A DNA stretch of 64,000 nt from the IMG/VR virus record IMGVR_UViG_3300042474_001633, positions 1 to 64,000 of that record; one strand, written 5' to 3'. The position numbers and the translations under genes are program-made. Position 1 is the stretch's first letter, and every line of letters starts with the position of its first letter. Positions 19,866 to 29,126 of the stretch are shown here, one piece after another. Below the pieces are notes generated by a model, which did no database searches, was not told where the DNA came from, and was given only the letters and a program-made list of their open reading frames with translations. This DNA is from a virus.

Positions 19866-21173
19866 ATGGCTGATAAAAACTTCAAGGTAAAAAACGGCTT
19901 AGACATTGGCGACAGTAGGATAGAACCTACGACCACTTCGGTTACTACAAATAACGAAACAACTATTGCGACATTTGATAAATCAACAGCAAAATCCGCA
20001 GAGTTTATTGTCGAGGTCGGTCAAGGCGAACGAGCATATTCTGCAAAGGTTTTTACACTGCACAACGGAACGACTGCTGATTTTACAAAATACGGAGATT
20101 TATCATTTTCTGCTGTTGAATTAGACTTTACCACTGTTGGGATAACATGGACTACGCAACAATCAAACTTTGGAAGCAGCAACATCCGCTCCGTTGCTCA
20201 CGCCAACAACCTCTGGGTTGCTGCTGGAGATAGTGGCGCACTCGGCACATCAACCGATGCAATCACCTGGACCACAAGAACATCAAACTTTGAACCTAAT
20301 GTTATGGGCAACATCTTCTCCGTGGCATACGGCAACAGCCTTTGGGTTGCTGGTGGATACGGAGGTCAAATCCGTACCTCAACTGATGCAATCACCTGGA
20401 CGACGCAAACATCGAACTTTGGTAATACAACCATCCGCTCCGTTGCCTACGGAAATAATCTCTGGGTTGCGGGTGGACGCAGTGGTCAACTCAGAACTTC
20501 AACTGATGCAATTACTTGGACAACAAGAACCTCTAACTTCCCATCCAATTTTACTGGAGATATTTTCACCGTCTCATACGGTAACAACCTGTGGGTCGCT
20601 GGCGGATATTACGGTCAACTTCGTACCTCAACTGACGCAATAACCTGGACCACAAGAACATCAAACTTTGGTAATTACAACGTCCGCTCCGTTGCCTACG
20701 GAAATAATCTCTGGGTTGCTGGTGGAGAGGTTGGTGAACTCCGTACATCCACCGATGCAATCACTTGGACAACACGGACTTCCACCTTTGGTTATAGAAG
20801 AATTATTTCTGTCGCCTACGGCAATAACCTTTGGGTGGCTGCTGGCTACGATGGTCAAATCCGCACCTCAACCGACGCAATCACCTGGACTACTAGAACT
20901 TCAAACTTTGAAACTGATTCTATGGGCAACATCTTCTCCGTCGCCTATGGCAACAACCTTTTTGTTGCTGGTGGGAGATTTGGAAACCTCCGCACCTCTC
21001 TTCCAGGTAGTTCCTCGCGTTATGTCGGCGGTTTAACATCATCTGCATCAGCAACATTCAACGCCGATATATCAGGTTCCGATGTGCGTCTTCGTATTAC
21101 AATTCCTGATGCTGCAACAATGAACGCAACTGTTAATGTTTTGACAACAACCGTAGGAGAATCGCAATCATGA
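19866..21173 (+). CDS. Beta-propeller (7 blades) virion/adhesin protein
   Basis: MADKNFKVKNGL N-terminus, seven repeats, FNADISGSDVRL C-terminus. Confidence 0.8.
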   Translation: MADKNFKVKNGLDIGDSRIEPTTTSVTTNNETTIATFDKSTAKSAEFIVEVGQGERAYSAKVFTLHNGTTADFTKYGDLSFSAVELDFTTVGITWTTQQSNFGSSNIRSVAHANNLWVAAGDSGALGTSTDAITWTTRTSNFEPNVMGNIFSVAYGNSLWVAGGYGGQIRTSTDAITWTTQTSNFGNTTIRSVAYGNNLWVAGGRSGQLRTSTDAITWTTRTSNFPSNFTGDIFTVSYGNNLWVAGGYYGQLRTSTDAITWTTRTSNFGNYNVRSVAYGNNLWVAGGEVGELRTSTDAITWTTRTSTFGYRRIISVAYGNNLWVAAGYDGQIRTSTDAITWTTRTSNFETDSMGNIFSVAYGNNLFVAGGRFGNLRTSLPGSSSRYVGGLTSSASATFNADISGSDVRLRITIPDAATMNATVNVLTTTVGESQS

Positions 21174-22429
21174 CCGAAAAAAACTTTGTTGTTTCTAAAA
21201 ACATTGTGGCGCAGAACACCCCCGTCTTTAACCAAACCACTATCTCAACAGTATCAGAAACAACTATCGCCACATTCAATAGCACTGCCGCGGAATCTGC
21301 GGATTGTATTGTAAAAGTAGAACAAGGCAACCGCCGATTCTCTGGTAAATTACTTGTTGTTCATAATGGAACTACAGCAAATGCTACAAAGTACGGTGAC
21401 TCGTCTATTGCTGAAACAGCAGCGGGCTTGACAATTTGGACTACTAGAACCTCAAACTTTGGCGATACACAGCACCGCGCTGTCGCCTTTGGCAACAATC
21501 TCTGGGTTGCTGGTGGGTACTCGGGTCAAATCCGTACTTCTACCGACTCAATTACTTGGACAACCCGTACCTCAAACTTTGGGTTTGACATTATCCGCTC
21601 CGTTGCCTACGGCAATAACCTTTGGGTTGCTGGAGGTGGTTACGGTCAAATACGTACCTCAACCGACGCAACAACCTGGACTACCAGAACATCAAACTTT
21701 GGTAATACACGCACCCGCACCGTAGCCTTTGGCAACAATCTCTGGGTTGCTGGTGGGTACTCGGGTCAACTCCGTACTTCGACAGATGGCACCACTTGGA
21801 CAACACGGACCTCAAACTTTGGAGCCACAGCCATCCTTTCCGTCGCCTTTGGCAACAACCTGTGGGTTGCTGGTGGTAGTGCTGGTCAACTCCGAACCTC
21901 TACAGACGCTGTAACTTGGACCACAAGGACTTCGAACTTTGGTAATTATGGCATCAACGTCGTAGCCTACGGAAACAATCTTTGGGTTGCTGGTGCTGGT
22001 GGTGGTCGACTTCGGACATCGACTGACGGTACAACTTGGACCACAAGGACTTCGAACTTTGGTAATTATTCCATCGTCTCCGTTGCCTACGGAAACAACA
22101 TTTGGACGGCTGGCGGCAGCAACAATGAAATCCGCACCTCTACCGATGCAATAACTTGGACCACGAGAAACTTCAACGTTACTGGGTCAAATATAATCTG
22201 GTCCATCGCCTACGGCAACGGAGTTTGGGTCGCTGTATCTGGCAATGATATGCGCACCTCTCTTGGAGATAGTGCCGCATATTATGTCGGCGGTTTGACA
22301 TCTGCTCCATCGGTGACATTCAACGCCGATATATCAGGTTCCGATGTGCGCATTCGTATGGCAATTCCCGATGCCGACTCAAACAACGCAACTGTTAATG
22401 TTTTGACAACAACGGTAGCAGAATCGTAA
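21170..22429 (+). CDS. Beta-propeller (7 blades) virion/adhesin protein
   Basis: Seven repeats; C-terminus shares an identical 35-nt stretch with the preceding gene. Confidence 0.8.
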   Translation: MTEKNFVVSKNIVAQNTPVFNQTTISTVSETTIATFNSTAAESADCIVKVEQGNRRFSGKLLVVHNGTTANATKYGDSSIAETAAGLTIWTTRTSNFGDTQHRAVAFGNNLWVAGGYSGQIRTSTDSITWTTRTSNFGFDIIRSVAYGNNLWVAGGGYGQIRTSTDATTWTTRTSNFGNTRTRTVAFGNNLWVAGGYSGQLRTSTDGTTWTTRTSNFGATAILSVAFGNNLWVAGGSAGQLRTSTDAVTWTTRTSNFGNYGINVVAYGNNLWVAGAGGGRLRTSTDGTTWTTRTSNFGNYSIVSVAYGNNIWTAGGSNNEIRTSTDAITWTTRNFNVTGSNIIWSIAYGNGVWVAVSGNDMRTSLGDSAAYYVGGLTSAPSVTFNADISGSDVRIRMAIPDADSNNATVNVLTTTVAES

Positions 22430-22516
22430 TCACTACTAAAAAAATAAAGGTATCTTGCCTAGATTTGGAATCAACAGCAATTATGAAAAAAGAAACAATA
22501 TTCCAATAGGTTCTTT

Positions 22517-23437
22517 TTAGATATTCTTAATAACCTGTTCCCACTGGTCTACAATTCTGTCCCATGAGTAAAAGTGATTAAAGTATCGTGACTGCTGTTT
22601 AAGCATGGGTTCATAATCCCAGTAGTTATCAATGGCTTGGTTTAGTGCAGAAGCGTATTTTTCTGCAATGCTTTTTTTATCAATCTGAATAGGAACCAGT
22701 GTCGCAAACTCTGCTCCAGTTTCAGCCAACGCCCCAAGATTCTGCCCGATAATTTTGCAACCAGCCGCACCAGCCTCAATCATCGCTAGGCAACAAGTTT
22801 CTTCAAACATGCTTGGGTAGGCAAAGATGTGTGCTTGCTGGAGAGCGGCAGTAACTTCGGTGTTTGGCGCGTACCCCATATAAAACACATTCTTCATGTT
22901 CTTTGCTCGCTCAAAAAGCGCCGTGTATTCACTGCCATGCTTTAGGTCGTAATCGGTGCCATAGACAATGGTTGATGAATAGACATAGAGTTCTACATCG
23001 TCACGGTCAAGCAACTCAAACGAGTCAAGCAATACATCTAGTCCACGGAAAGGCGCAGATGTATAGATGAGGCGAATCTTCTCGCCCTTCTTGCGCTGTT
23101 GGTATTCAACTGGCTCAATGGCGTTCTTAATTACATGTGCATTATCGACTGGGATATGGTACACATAGCGGAACTTCTCGTGCTGCCAGTGAGATACATA
23201 GACATAAGCATCGATGCAGCGGGTGAAGAATTTGTTGGTCATTCCCTGTGTTAGCGGCTCGTTGTAGTTGAGGTGCTGCCAAAGGATGTTCTTTTTGCTC
23301 ATGTCAATCTGGTCTTCAGTGCACCGTGAAAGAATAAGGTTGACATTGTAGTCATCAAAGTTAATCCTCTTACGGAGTCCATCTTCCATGATGTCCGAAC
23401 CTCCCCGTGGAGGAAGTTTGGCGCTCAACTCGGCCAT
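22517..23437 (-). CDS. GT4 glycosyltransferase
   Basis: IYTSAPFRGL...AHIFAYPS.FEET.CLAMIEA.AAG (E-x7-E motif). Confidence 0.88.
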   Translation of the reverse strand: MAELSAKLPPRGGSDIMEDGLRKRINFDDYNVNLILSRCTEDQIDMSKKNILWQHLNYNEPLTQGMTNKFFTRCIDAYVYVSHWQHEKFRYVYHIPVDNAHVIKNAIEPVEYQQRKKGEKIRLIYTSAPFRGLDVLLDSFELLDRDDVELYVYSSTIVYGTDYDLKHGSEYTALFERAKNMKNVFYMGYAPNTEVTAALQQAHIFAYPSMFEETCCLAMIEAGAAGCKIIGQNLGALAETGAEFATLVPIQIDKKSIAEKYASALNQAIDNYWDYEPMLKQQSRYFNHFYSWDRIVDQWEQVIKNI

Positions 23438-24096
23438 CGCAACTTCACTGTCTTTTGATGACCAACACGAACAAGTGGGTCAACCCAGATATCAATTCCC
23501 ATCTGGTGAACCTTTTCGCACCACGACAAGTCTTCTCCCATGAGCGGGAACTTGTACTCATCTTGACCAGTCTCTGGGTTCTGAACTGTCACATGTGTTG
23601 ACGAGAACCATGGGCGCGGAAGGCTCTCAAATACGCCAGAAGCAACTGCCAAGAAACCGAATCCAACTCCACGAGTGGTAAACGGCGCTTTGAGTTTTAA
23701 GATGTCATCTCGATGTAGAGGTGGTCCGAGTGGTACTGGGTAAACAGTGACCTCTTCGCTTTCCATCATGTAGCACCCAGAAATAACTTGCTTGTCTGAA
23801 TTCAGGAGCCTAAAGAAGTCATCTGGCTCCCACTCAATGTCGGAGTCAATCCAGAACAACTTGTCGTATGTCCATTCCCCATTGGCAGGCTTTTGGCATG
23901 TCTTGTCATTGAAGGCACTTCCACCCAGCGTGCGCTCTCTGGCGTCAGCGACATGCGAAGAATACTCCGTCATGAAGTTCCAGGTGATGTTGTTCTGGTT
24001 CATGTAATAGGTGACCTTTAGCAGGCTCCGTACATAAGACGGGGTCATGCTTGAGCCTGGTGTGCAGATAACTACATTGAAGTGTGGGATTGTCAT
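23425..24096 (-). CDS. GT-A-like glycosyltransferase
   Basis: FWIDSDI, GFGF, PRPWF and GEDLSWC motifs; paralog of 30499..31179. Start moved to MTIPH (24096), 7 nt after a TAGAAT -10. Confidence 0.75.
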   Translation of the reverse strand: MTIPHFNVVICTPGSSMTPSYVRSLLKVTYYMNQNNITWNFMTEYSSHVADARERTLGGSAFNDKTCQKPANGEWTYDKLFWIDSDIEWEPDDFFRLLNSDKQVISGCYMMESEEVTVYPVPLGPPLHRDDILKLKAPFTTRGVGFGFLAVASGVFESLPRPWFSSTHVTVQNPETGQDEYKFPLMGEDLSWCEKVHQMGIDIWVDPLVRVGHQKTVKLRWPS

Positions 24097-24158
24097 AAAA
24101 GCCATTCTATACAGGATATATTGCAATACGGGCACCGATTTGTGTTACAATTTGGTCT
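24097..24158. promoter_or_regulatory. Divergent pair of leaderless promoters
   Basis: Minus-strand TAGAAT (24104-24109) and plus-strand TGtTACAAT (24143-24151) each lie 7 nt before an ATG, with no SD. Confidence 0.65.
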
Positions 24159-24809
24159 ATGAAACTCCACGGAACTTACGCCTTTGATGAGGCTTTCGCA
24201 GCAACAATCTCCACAGCCCTGAATGCTTCGTATTCAGACAAGGCATCTGGTCATGGGTACGACAAGGTATTCGCCCACCTGTTTGAGGGTAAGACTGTGG
24301 ATAACTTTCTTGAAATTGGTTTATTTTTAAACGAACTTCAGCACACCGACCTCAATGCATGGGCTTCGGTATTCCCATCTGCGAACATCTACGGAGCAGA
24401 CAAGAAAGAGTCGCAATTGTTTAATTCTGGGAAAATCAGCACGCATGTTATTGACCAGGAAGTTGCAGCATCATTTGATGCCCTAAAGGCAGCCTTCGCT
24501 GTTGAATTTGATGTAGTCCTTGACGACGCATCGCACATCTACGCCAATACGGTCACTACATTTGAAGCGCTTTTCCCAGCGGTTAAGACTGGCGGAATGT
24601 ATCTGATTGAAGACATTCAAGACGCTGGCGCACACGCTAACGATTGGCAGCAAACGCTTGTCCAACTAGAAGCGTACATGACCGCAGAAGGACACACATA
24701 TGAGGTGTTTCAGTCGGCTGTTCCTCGAAAAGTCATGGACCGCGAAACTATGGAACCAACAGAAGAAGATGCGGTTTCTGATAGTTACATCCTCTGCGTT
24801 TATAAGTAA
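24159..24809 (+). CDS. SAM-dependent (sugar O-)methyltransferase
   Basis: SDK..HGY...FLEIG...LDDASH...GGMYLIED; same family as 2751..3362. Confidence 0.8.
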   Translation: MKLHGTYAFDEAFAATISTALNASYSDKASGHGYDKVFAHLFEGKTVDNFLEIGLFLNELQHTDLNAWASVFPSANIYGADKKESQLFNSGKISTHVIDQEVAASFDALKAAFAVEFDVVLDDASHIYANTVTTFEALFPAVKTGGMYLIEDIQDAGAHANDWQQTLVQLEAYMTAEGHTYEVFQSAVPRKVMDRETMEPTEEDAVSDSYILCVYK

Positions 24810-24877
24810 AAAGAGAGTTTTACTATGTTGCTAATTTTAGGCGCGCGATTCAGTCTAGGTGAACGGAGTACCCGTTC

Positions 24878-26992
24878 ATGGCTGATAAAAACTTCAAGGT
24901 AAAAAACGGACTGAGCATTGGCGACAATGTCGCTACCTATGTCACAAAAGTTACAATTAACTCCAATAGCGAAACAACCCTTGACTCCGTTCTGACTGGG
25001 ACTGTAGAGTCAGTGGACTATTCATTGACCCTGTATCAGGGTGATGGAGCGATATTAAAGAAGTACCTATCAGTAGAAAACGGCTCTTCTGTTTCGGCAC
25101 ATGAATACGCATCTGGCAGTGTTAACAGAAGTGAATACTCTGGTGCATGGAACTGGACTACTCGCACCTCAAACTTTGGCAACACACACATCCGCTCCCT
25201 TGCCTACGGAAATAATTTATGGTCCGCTGGTGGGGAGTATGGCCAACTCCGCACATCCACCGACGGCACAACATGGACTACACAGACCTCAAACTTTGGC
25301 AACGCACCCATTTTGACCCTCGCCTATGGTAATAACCTTTGGGTTGCTGCTGCTACGTCGGGTGGACTCCGCACCTCTACCGATGCCGTTACTTGGACTA
25401 CGAGAACATCAAACTTTGGTGCATCGGGTGTTATTTGGTCAGTTGCAAACGGAAACAGTTTATGGGTTGCTGTTGGTCGATATGGAAATATCCGCACCTC
25501 GACTGATGGAATAACCTGGGTTACACGAACATCGAACTTTTCTAACACTGAAATCTACACCGTAGCCTTCGGAAACAGCCTTTGGGTCGCTGCTGGAAGT
25601 GGTGGCCAACTTCGTTCCTCGACAGATGCAGTAACGTGGACTACAAGAACATCAAACTTTGGTGATACACACATTATGTCCGTCGCATACGGCAACAGCC
25701 TTTGGGTTGCTGGTGGAGAGGCTGGGCAACTCCGCACATCCACCGACGGTACCACTTGGACCACAAGGACTTCAAACTTCGATACTGTAGGGCCTTCACG
25801 CATCCGCTCAATCGCCTACGGAAACAACCTTTGGGTTGCGGGTGGATACTATGGTGAACTCCGAACCTCTACCGATGCAATTGCCTGGACCACAAGCAAG
25901 ACCAACTTTGGAAATACACGAATCCGCGCCGTTGCTTACGGAAATAGCCTTTGGGTCGCTGCTGGGTACTCTGGTCAAATCCGCACCGCTGTCGATTTGA
26001 ACCCATCTGCGGCCGTTCCAGCAACAGTGTCAATAAGCCTGCAACAAACCTGGACAACCCGTACCTCAAACTTTGTTCATAATGTTTTTGGTATACAAAA
26101 CATCCGTTCGGTTGCCTACGGCAGTAACTTTTGGGTCGCTGTTGGAAATTATGGAACACTTCGTACATCAACTGATGCTGTTAGTTGGATTACACGTACA
26201 TCAGGATTTGGCAACACAGCCATTCACTCCGTCGCCTTCGGAAACAATCTTTGGGTTGTTGCTGGCACCAATGGTCTGCTCCGCACCTCGACCGACGAAA
26301 CTAGTTGGACCGCCCGCACATCAAACTTTGGTGCCACAACCCATATCAATTCAGTTGCCTTCGGAAATAGTTTGTGGGTCGCAGGTGGTCAGACTGGCCA
26401 ACTCCGTACATCCACAGATGCAATAACTTGGACCACTCGAACCTCGAACTTTGGTACTACACATATTAACTCCGTAGCCTTCGGAAACAGCCTTTGGGTC
26501 GCTGCTGGCTACAACGGTGAACTAAGAACTTCAACAGATGCTACAACCTGGACTACTAGAACCTCCAATTTTGGCACCACGCGCATCCAGTCCGTAGCCT
26601 TTGGCAACAGTCTGTGGGTTGCTGGTGGATATAATGGTCAACTGCGAACCTCAACGGATGGAACCACCTGGACCACTCGAACTTCAAACTTTGTTTCAAC
26701 AATCCTCTCAGTCACCTACGGCAACAACCTTTGGGTTGCTGGTGGTCGATATGGAAATATCCGTACCTCCACCGATGCAATTACCTGGGTTACACAAACA
26801 TCCAACCTTACAACAACCATCCGCTCCGTCGCCTACGGAAACAGCCTTTGGGTCGCTGCTGGGTACAACGGTCAAATCCGCACCGAAAACCCAGCAGAAA
26901 GAACGCTCAAATTAACGGCAACCGTTACTAGCGCAGGAGTAATTGGTTCTGAAGCAACAGCCATTTTAATTAAGGAAACTGTTGTGGCATAA
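24878..26992 (+). CDS. Double beta-propeller (2x7 blades) virion/adhesin protein
   Basis: MADKNFKVKNGL start; 14 repeats in two blocks of seven. Confidence 0.8.
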   Translation: MADKNFKVKNGLSIGDNVATYVTKVTINSNSETTLDSVLTGTVESVDYSLTLYQGDGAILKKYLSVENGSSVSAHEYASGSVNRSEYSGAWNWTTRTSNFGNTHIRSLAYGNNLWSAGGEYGQLRTSTDGTTWTTQTSNFGNAPILTLAYGNNLWVAAATSGGLRTSTDAVTWTTRTSNFGASGVIWSVANGNSLWVAVGRYGNIRTSTDGITWVTRTSNFSNTEIYTVAFGNSLWVAAGSGGQLRSSTDAVTWTTRTSNFGDTHIMSVAYGNSLWVAGGEAGQLRTSTDGTTWTTRTSNFDTVGPSRIRSIAYGNNLWVAGGYYGELRTSTDAIAWTTSKTNFGNTRIRAVAYGNSLWVAAGYSGQIRTAVDLNPSAAVPATVSISLQQTWTTRTSNFVHNVFGIQNIRSVAYGSNFWVAVGNYGTLRTSTDAVSWITRTSGFGNTAIHSVAFGNNLWVVAGTNGLLRTSTDETSWTARTSNFGATTHINSVAFGNSLWVAGGQTGQLRTSTDAITWTTRTSNFGTTHINSVAFGNSLWVAAGYNGELRTSTDATTWTTRTSNFGTTRIQSVAFGNSLWVAGGYNGQLRTSTDGTTWTTRTSNFVSTILSVTYGNNLWVAGGRYGNIRTSTDAITWVTQTSNLTTTIRSVAYGNSLWVAAGYNGQIRTENPAERTLKLTATVTSAGVIGSEATAILIKETVVA

Positions 26993-29124
26993 TGGCTGAT
27001 AAAAACTTTAAAGTAAAAAACGGACTGAGCATTGGCGACAACGTCTCTACATACGTGACCAGTGTTGTAATCAACACTGGCGAAGAAACGACACTTGATT
27101 CTGTACTGACTGGCACAACGGAGTCTAATGATTATTCATTGACGATTTACCAGGGTGCTGGGGTTATCTCAAAAAAGATACTTGCAACGGAAAACGGCGC
27201 AGGAGCATCAACCCATGAGTATGGCTCGGTTTCTGTAAACAGAAGTGAATACTCTGGTGCATGGAACTGGACTACTCGCACCTCAAACTTTGGCATGACA
27301 GAAATCGCTGTACTCGCCTACGGTAACAACCTCTGGGTTGCTGGTGGATATGGCGGTCAACTCCGCACCTCTACCGATGCTACAACCTGGACGACCAGAA
27401 CCTCAAACTTTGGTAATACAGTTATTTACACTATTGCGTTCGGCAACAACCTCTGGGTTGCTGGTGGGTATCAAGGTTTTATTCGAACCTCAACTGATGC
27501 AATAACCTGGACGACACGAACATCGAACTTTATTGACGATGGTGGCAATACCGCCTATGCACGAGTACGCTCACTGGCTTATGCCAATGGCATATGGGTC
27601 GCTGGGGGTTACTACGGTCAACTTCGCACATCGACCGACGGTACCACTTGGACAACAAGAACTTCAAACTTTGGCAATCAACACATAAAATCCGTTGCCT
27701 TTGGCAATAATTTATGGGTTGCTGGTGGAGGTTACTCTCCTGGGCAAATCCGAACCTCCACCGACGGAACCACCTGGACAACACAAACTTCAAACTTCGG
27801 TTCAGGTTTAGCCATTGATACAGTCGCCTACGGTAATAACTTATGGGTTGCTGGTGGGTATGGTGGAGGAATTCGAACCTCAACTGATGCAATAACCTGG
27901 ACGACACGAACATCAAACTTTGGCACTACATTCATCCGCTCCATCTCCTACGGGAATGGTTTGTGGTTCGCAGTTGGAAGCGCTGGTCAAATCCGTAATT
28001 CGACTGACGGAATTACATGGACCACGCGCACCTCAAACTTTGGTGTTACAAACATCAACTCCATTGCTTACGGTAACAGTCTTTGGGTTTCTGGTGGTAT
28101 AACTGGCCAAATCCGTACCGCCAGTGAAATTAATACACCAGCGGCCATCCCAGTGACAACCTCAATTGTTCTAGGGCAAACCTGGACAACCCGCACCTCA
28201 AACTTTGGCAATACGTCAATTGAATCCGTGGCCTTCGGAAACAACCTCTGGGTTGCTGGTGGGTACACGGGCCAAATAAGAACTTCAACCGACGCAGTCA
28301 CCTGGACAACCAGAACCTCAAACTTTGGGAATACCCAAATCAAATCCGTCGCCTACGGCAACAACCTTTGGGTTGGTGTTGGTGGTGCTTTTGGGACTTC
28401 TGGTGAAATTCGTACATCAACTGATGCCGTCACTTGGACCACAAGAACATCCAACTTTGGAACTACGCGCATCCAGTCAGTAGCCTACGGGAACAGCCTT
28501 TGGGTGGCTGGAGGGGACACTGGTCAACTCCGTACTTCAACTGACGGTACAACCTGGACTACAAGAACATCAAACTTTGGTAACAGCGCCATATTCTCCG
28601 TCGCTTACGGCAATAACCTCTGGGTCGCTGGCGGAGACAGTGGTCAACTACGCACCTCAACCGACGGTACAACTTGGACGACACGAACATCAAACTTTGG
28701 CACTACATTCATCCGCTCCATCGCCTATGGCAATAACCTTTGGGTTGCTGGTGGCCATTATGGTCAACTCCGCACCTCCACCGACGGAACCACCTGGACA
28801 ACACAAACTTCAAACTTTGGTGGTACTACTCATATCATCTCCATTGCATACGGAAACAGTTTGTGGGTTGCTGCTGGTAATACTGGTCAACTTCGTACCT
28901 CAACAGACGCAATCACTTGGAACACCACCACTTCAAACTTTACAACAAGTATTCTCTCCGTCGCCTTTGGCAACAGCCTTTGGGTTGCTGCTGGACGAAC
29001 TGGTCAACTCCGCACAGAAAATCCAGCAGAGCGACAACTAAGACTCGCAGCAACCGTTACCAACGGCAATGTGGCTGGTTCGGAAGCAACAGCGATTCTA
29101 AAGAAAAAAACGGTTGTTGCATAA
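26992..29124 (+). CDS. Double beta-propeller (2x7 blades) virion/adhesin protein
   Basis: Tandem paralog of the previous gene (58 identical nt at 25124-25181 and 27238-27295); 14 repeats. Confidence 0.8.
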   Translation: MADKNFKVKNGLSIGDNVSTYVTSVVINTGEETTLDSVLTGTTESNDYSLTIYQGAGVISKKILATENGAGASTHEYGSVSVNRSEYSGAWNWTTRTSNFGMTEIAVLAYGNNLWVAGGYGGQLRTSTDATTWTTRTSNFGNTVIYTIAFGNNLWVAGGYQGFIRTSTDAITWTTRTSNFIDDGGNTAYARVRSLAYANGIWVAGGYYGQLRTSTDGTTWTTRTSNFGNQHIKSVAFGNNLWVAGGGYSPGQIRTSTDGTTWTTQTSNFGSGLAIDTVAYGNNLWVAGGYGGGIRTSTDAITWTTRTSNFGTTFIRSISYGNGLWFAVGSAGQIRNSTDGITWTTRTSNFGVTNINSIAYGNSLWVSGGITGQIRTASEINTPAAIPVTTSIVLGQTWTTRTSNFGNTSIESVAFGNNLWVAGGYTGQIRTSTDAVTWTTRTSNFGNTQIKSVAYGNNLWVGVGGAFGTSGEIRTSTDAVTWTTRTSNFGTTRIQSVAYGNSLWVAGGDTGQLRTSTDGTTWTTRTSNFGNSAIFSVAYGNNLWVAGGDSGQLRTSTDGTTWTTRTSNFGTTFIRSIAYGNNLWVAGGHYGQLRTSTDGTTWTTQTSNFGGTTHIISIAYGNSLWVAAGNTGQLRTSTDAITWNTTTSNFTTSILSVAFGNSLWVAAGRTGQLRTENPAERQLRLAATVTNGNVAGSEATAILKKKTVVA

Positions 29125-29126
29125 TT

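Larger units (their letters stand above)
17657..29016 (+). repeat. Dispersed ~120-nt (40-aa) beta-propeller blade repeat, 56 copies in six genes
   Basis: Consensus WTTRTSNFG-xxI-xSVAYGNNLWVAGG-xx-GQLRTSTDAxT, containing an Asp-box/BNR-like STDxxTW. Counted by hand as 7+7+7+7+14+14. Confidence 0.9.

Noticed and set aside
17657-29016. Diversity-generating retroelement as the source of propeller variation (the fibre has an Mtd-like N-terminus)
   Set aside because: No reverse transcriptase or non-coding template repeat in the window. Variable loops include indels and NNR codons (Glu, Gln, Arg-AGA/CGA), and frameworks differ at synonymous non-A sites, unlike adenine-only mutagenesis. An RT elsewhere in the genome cannot be excluded.
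17657-29016. CRISPR-like array (constant repeat with variable spacer)
   Set aside because: Repeats are in-frame coding, degenerate at third codon positions, and the variable parts are only a few codons.
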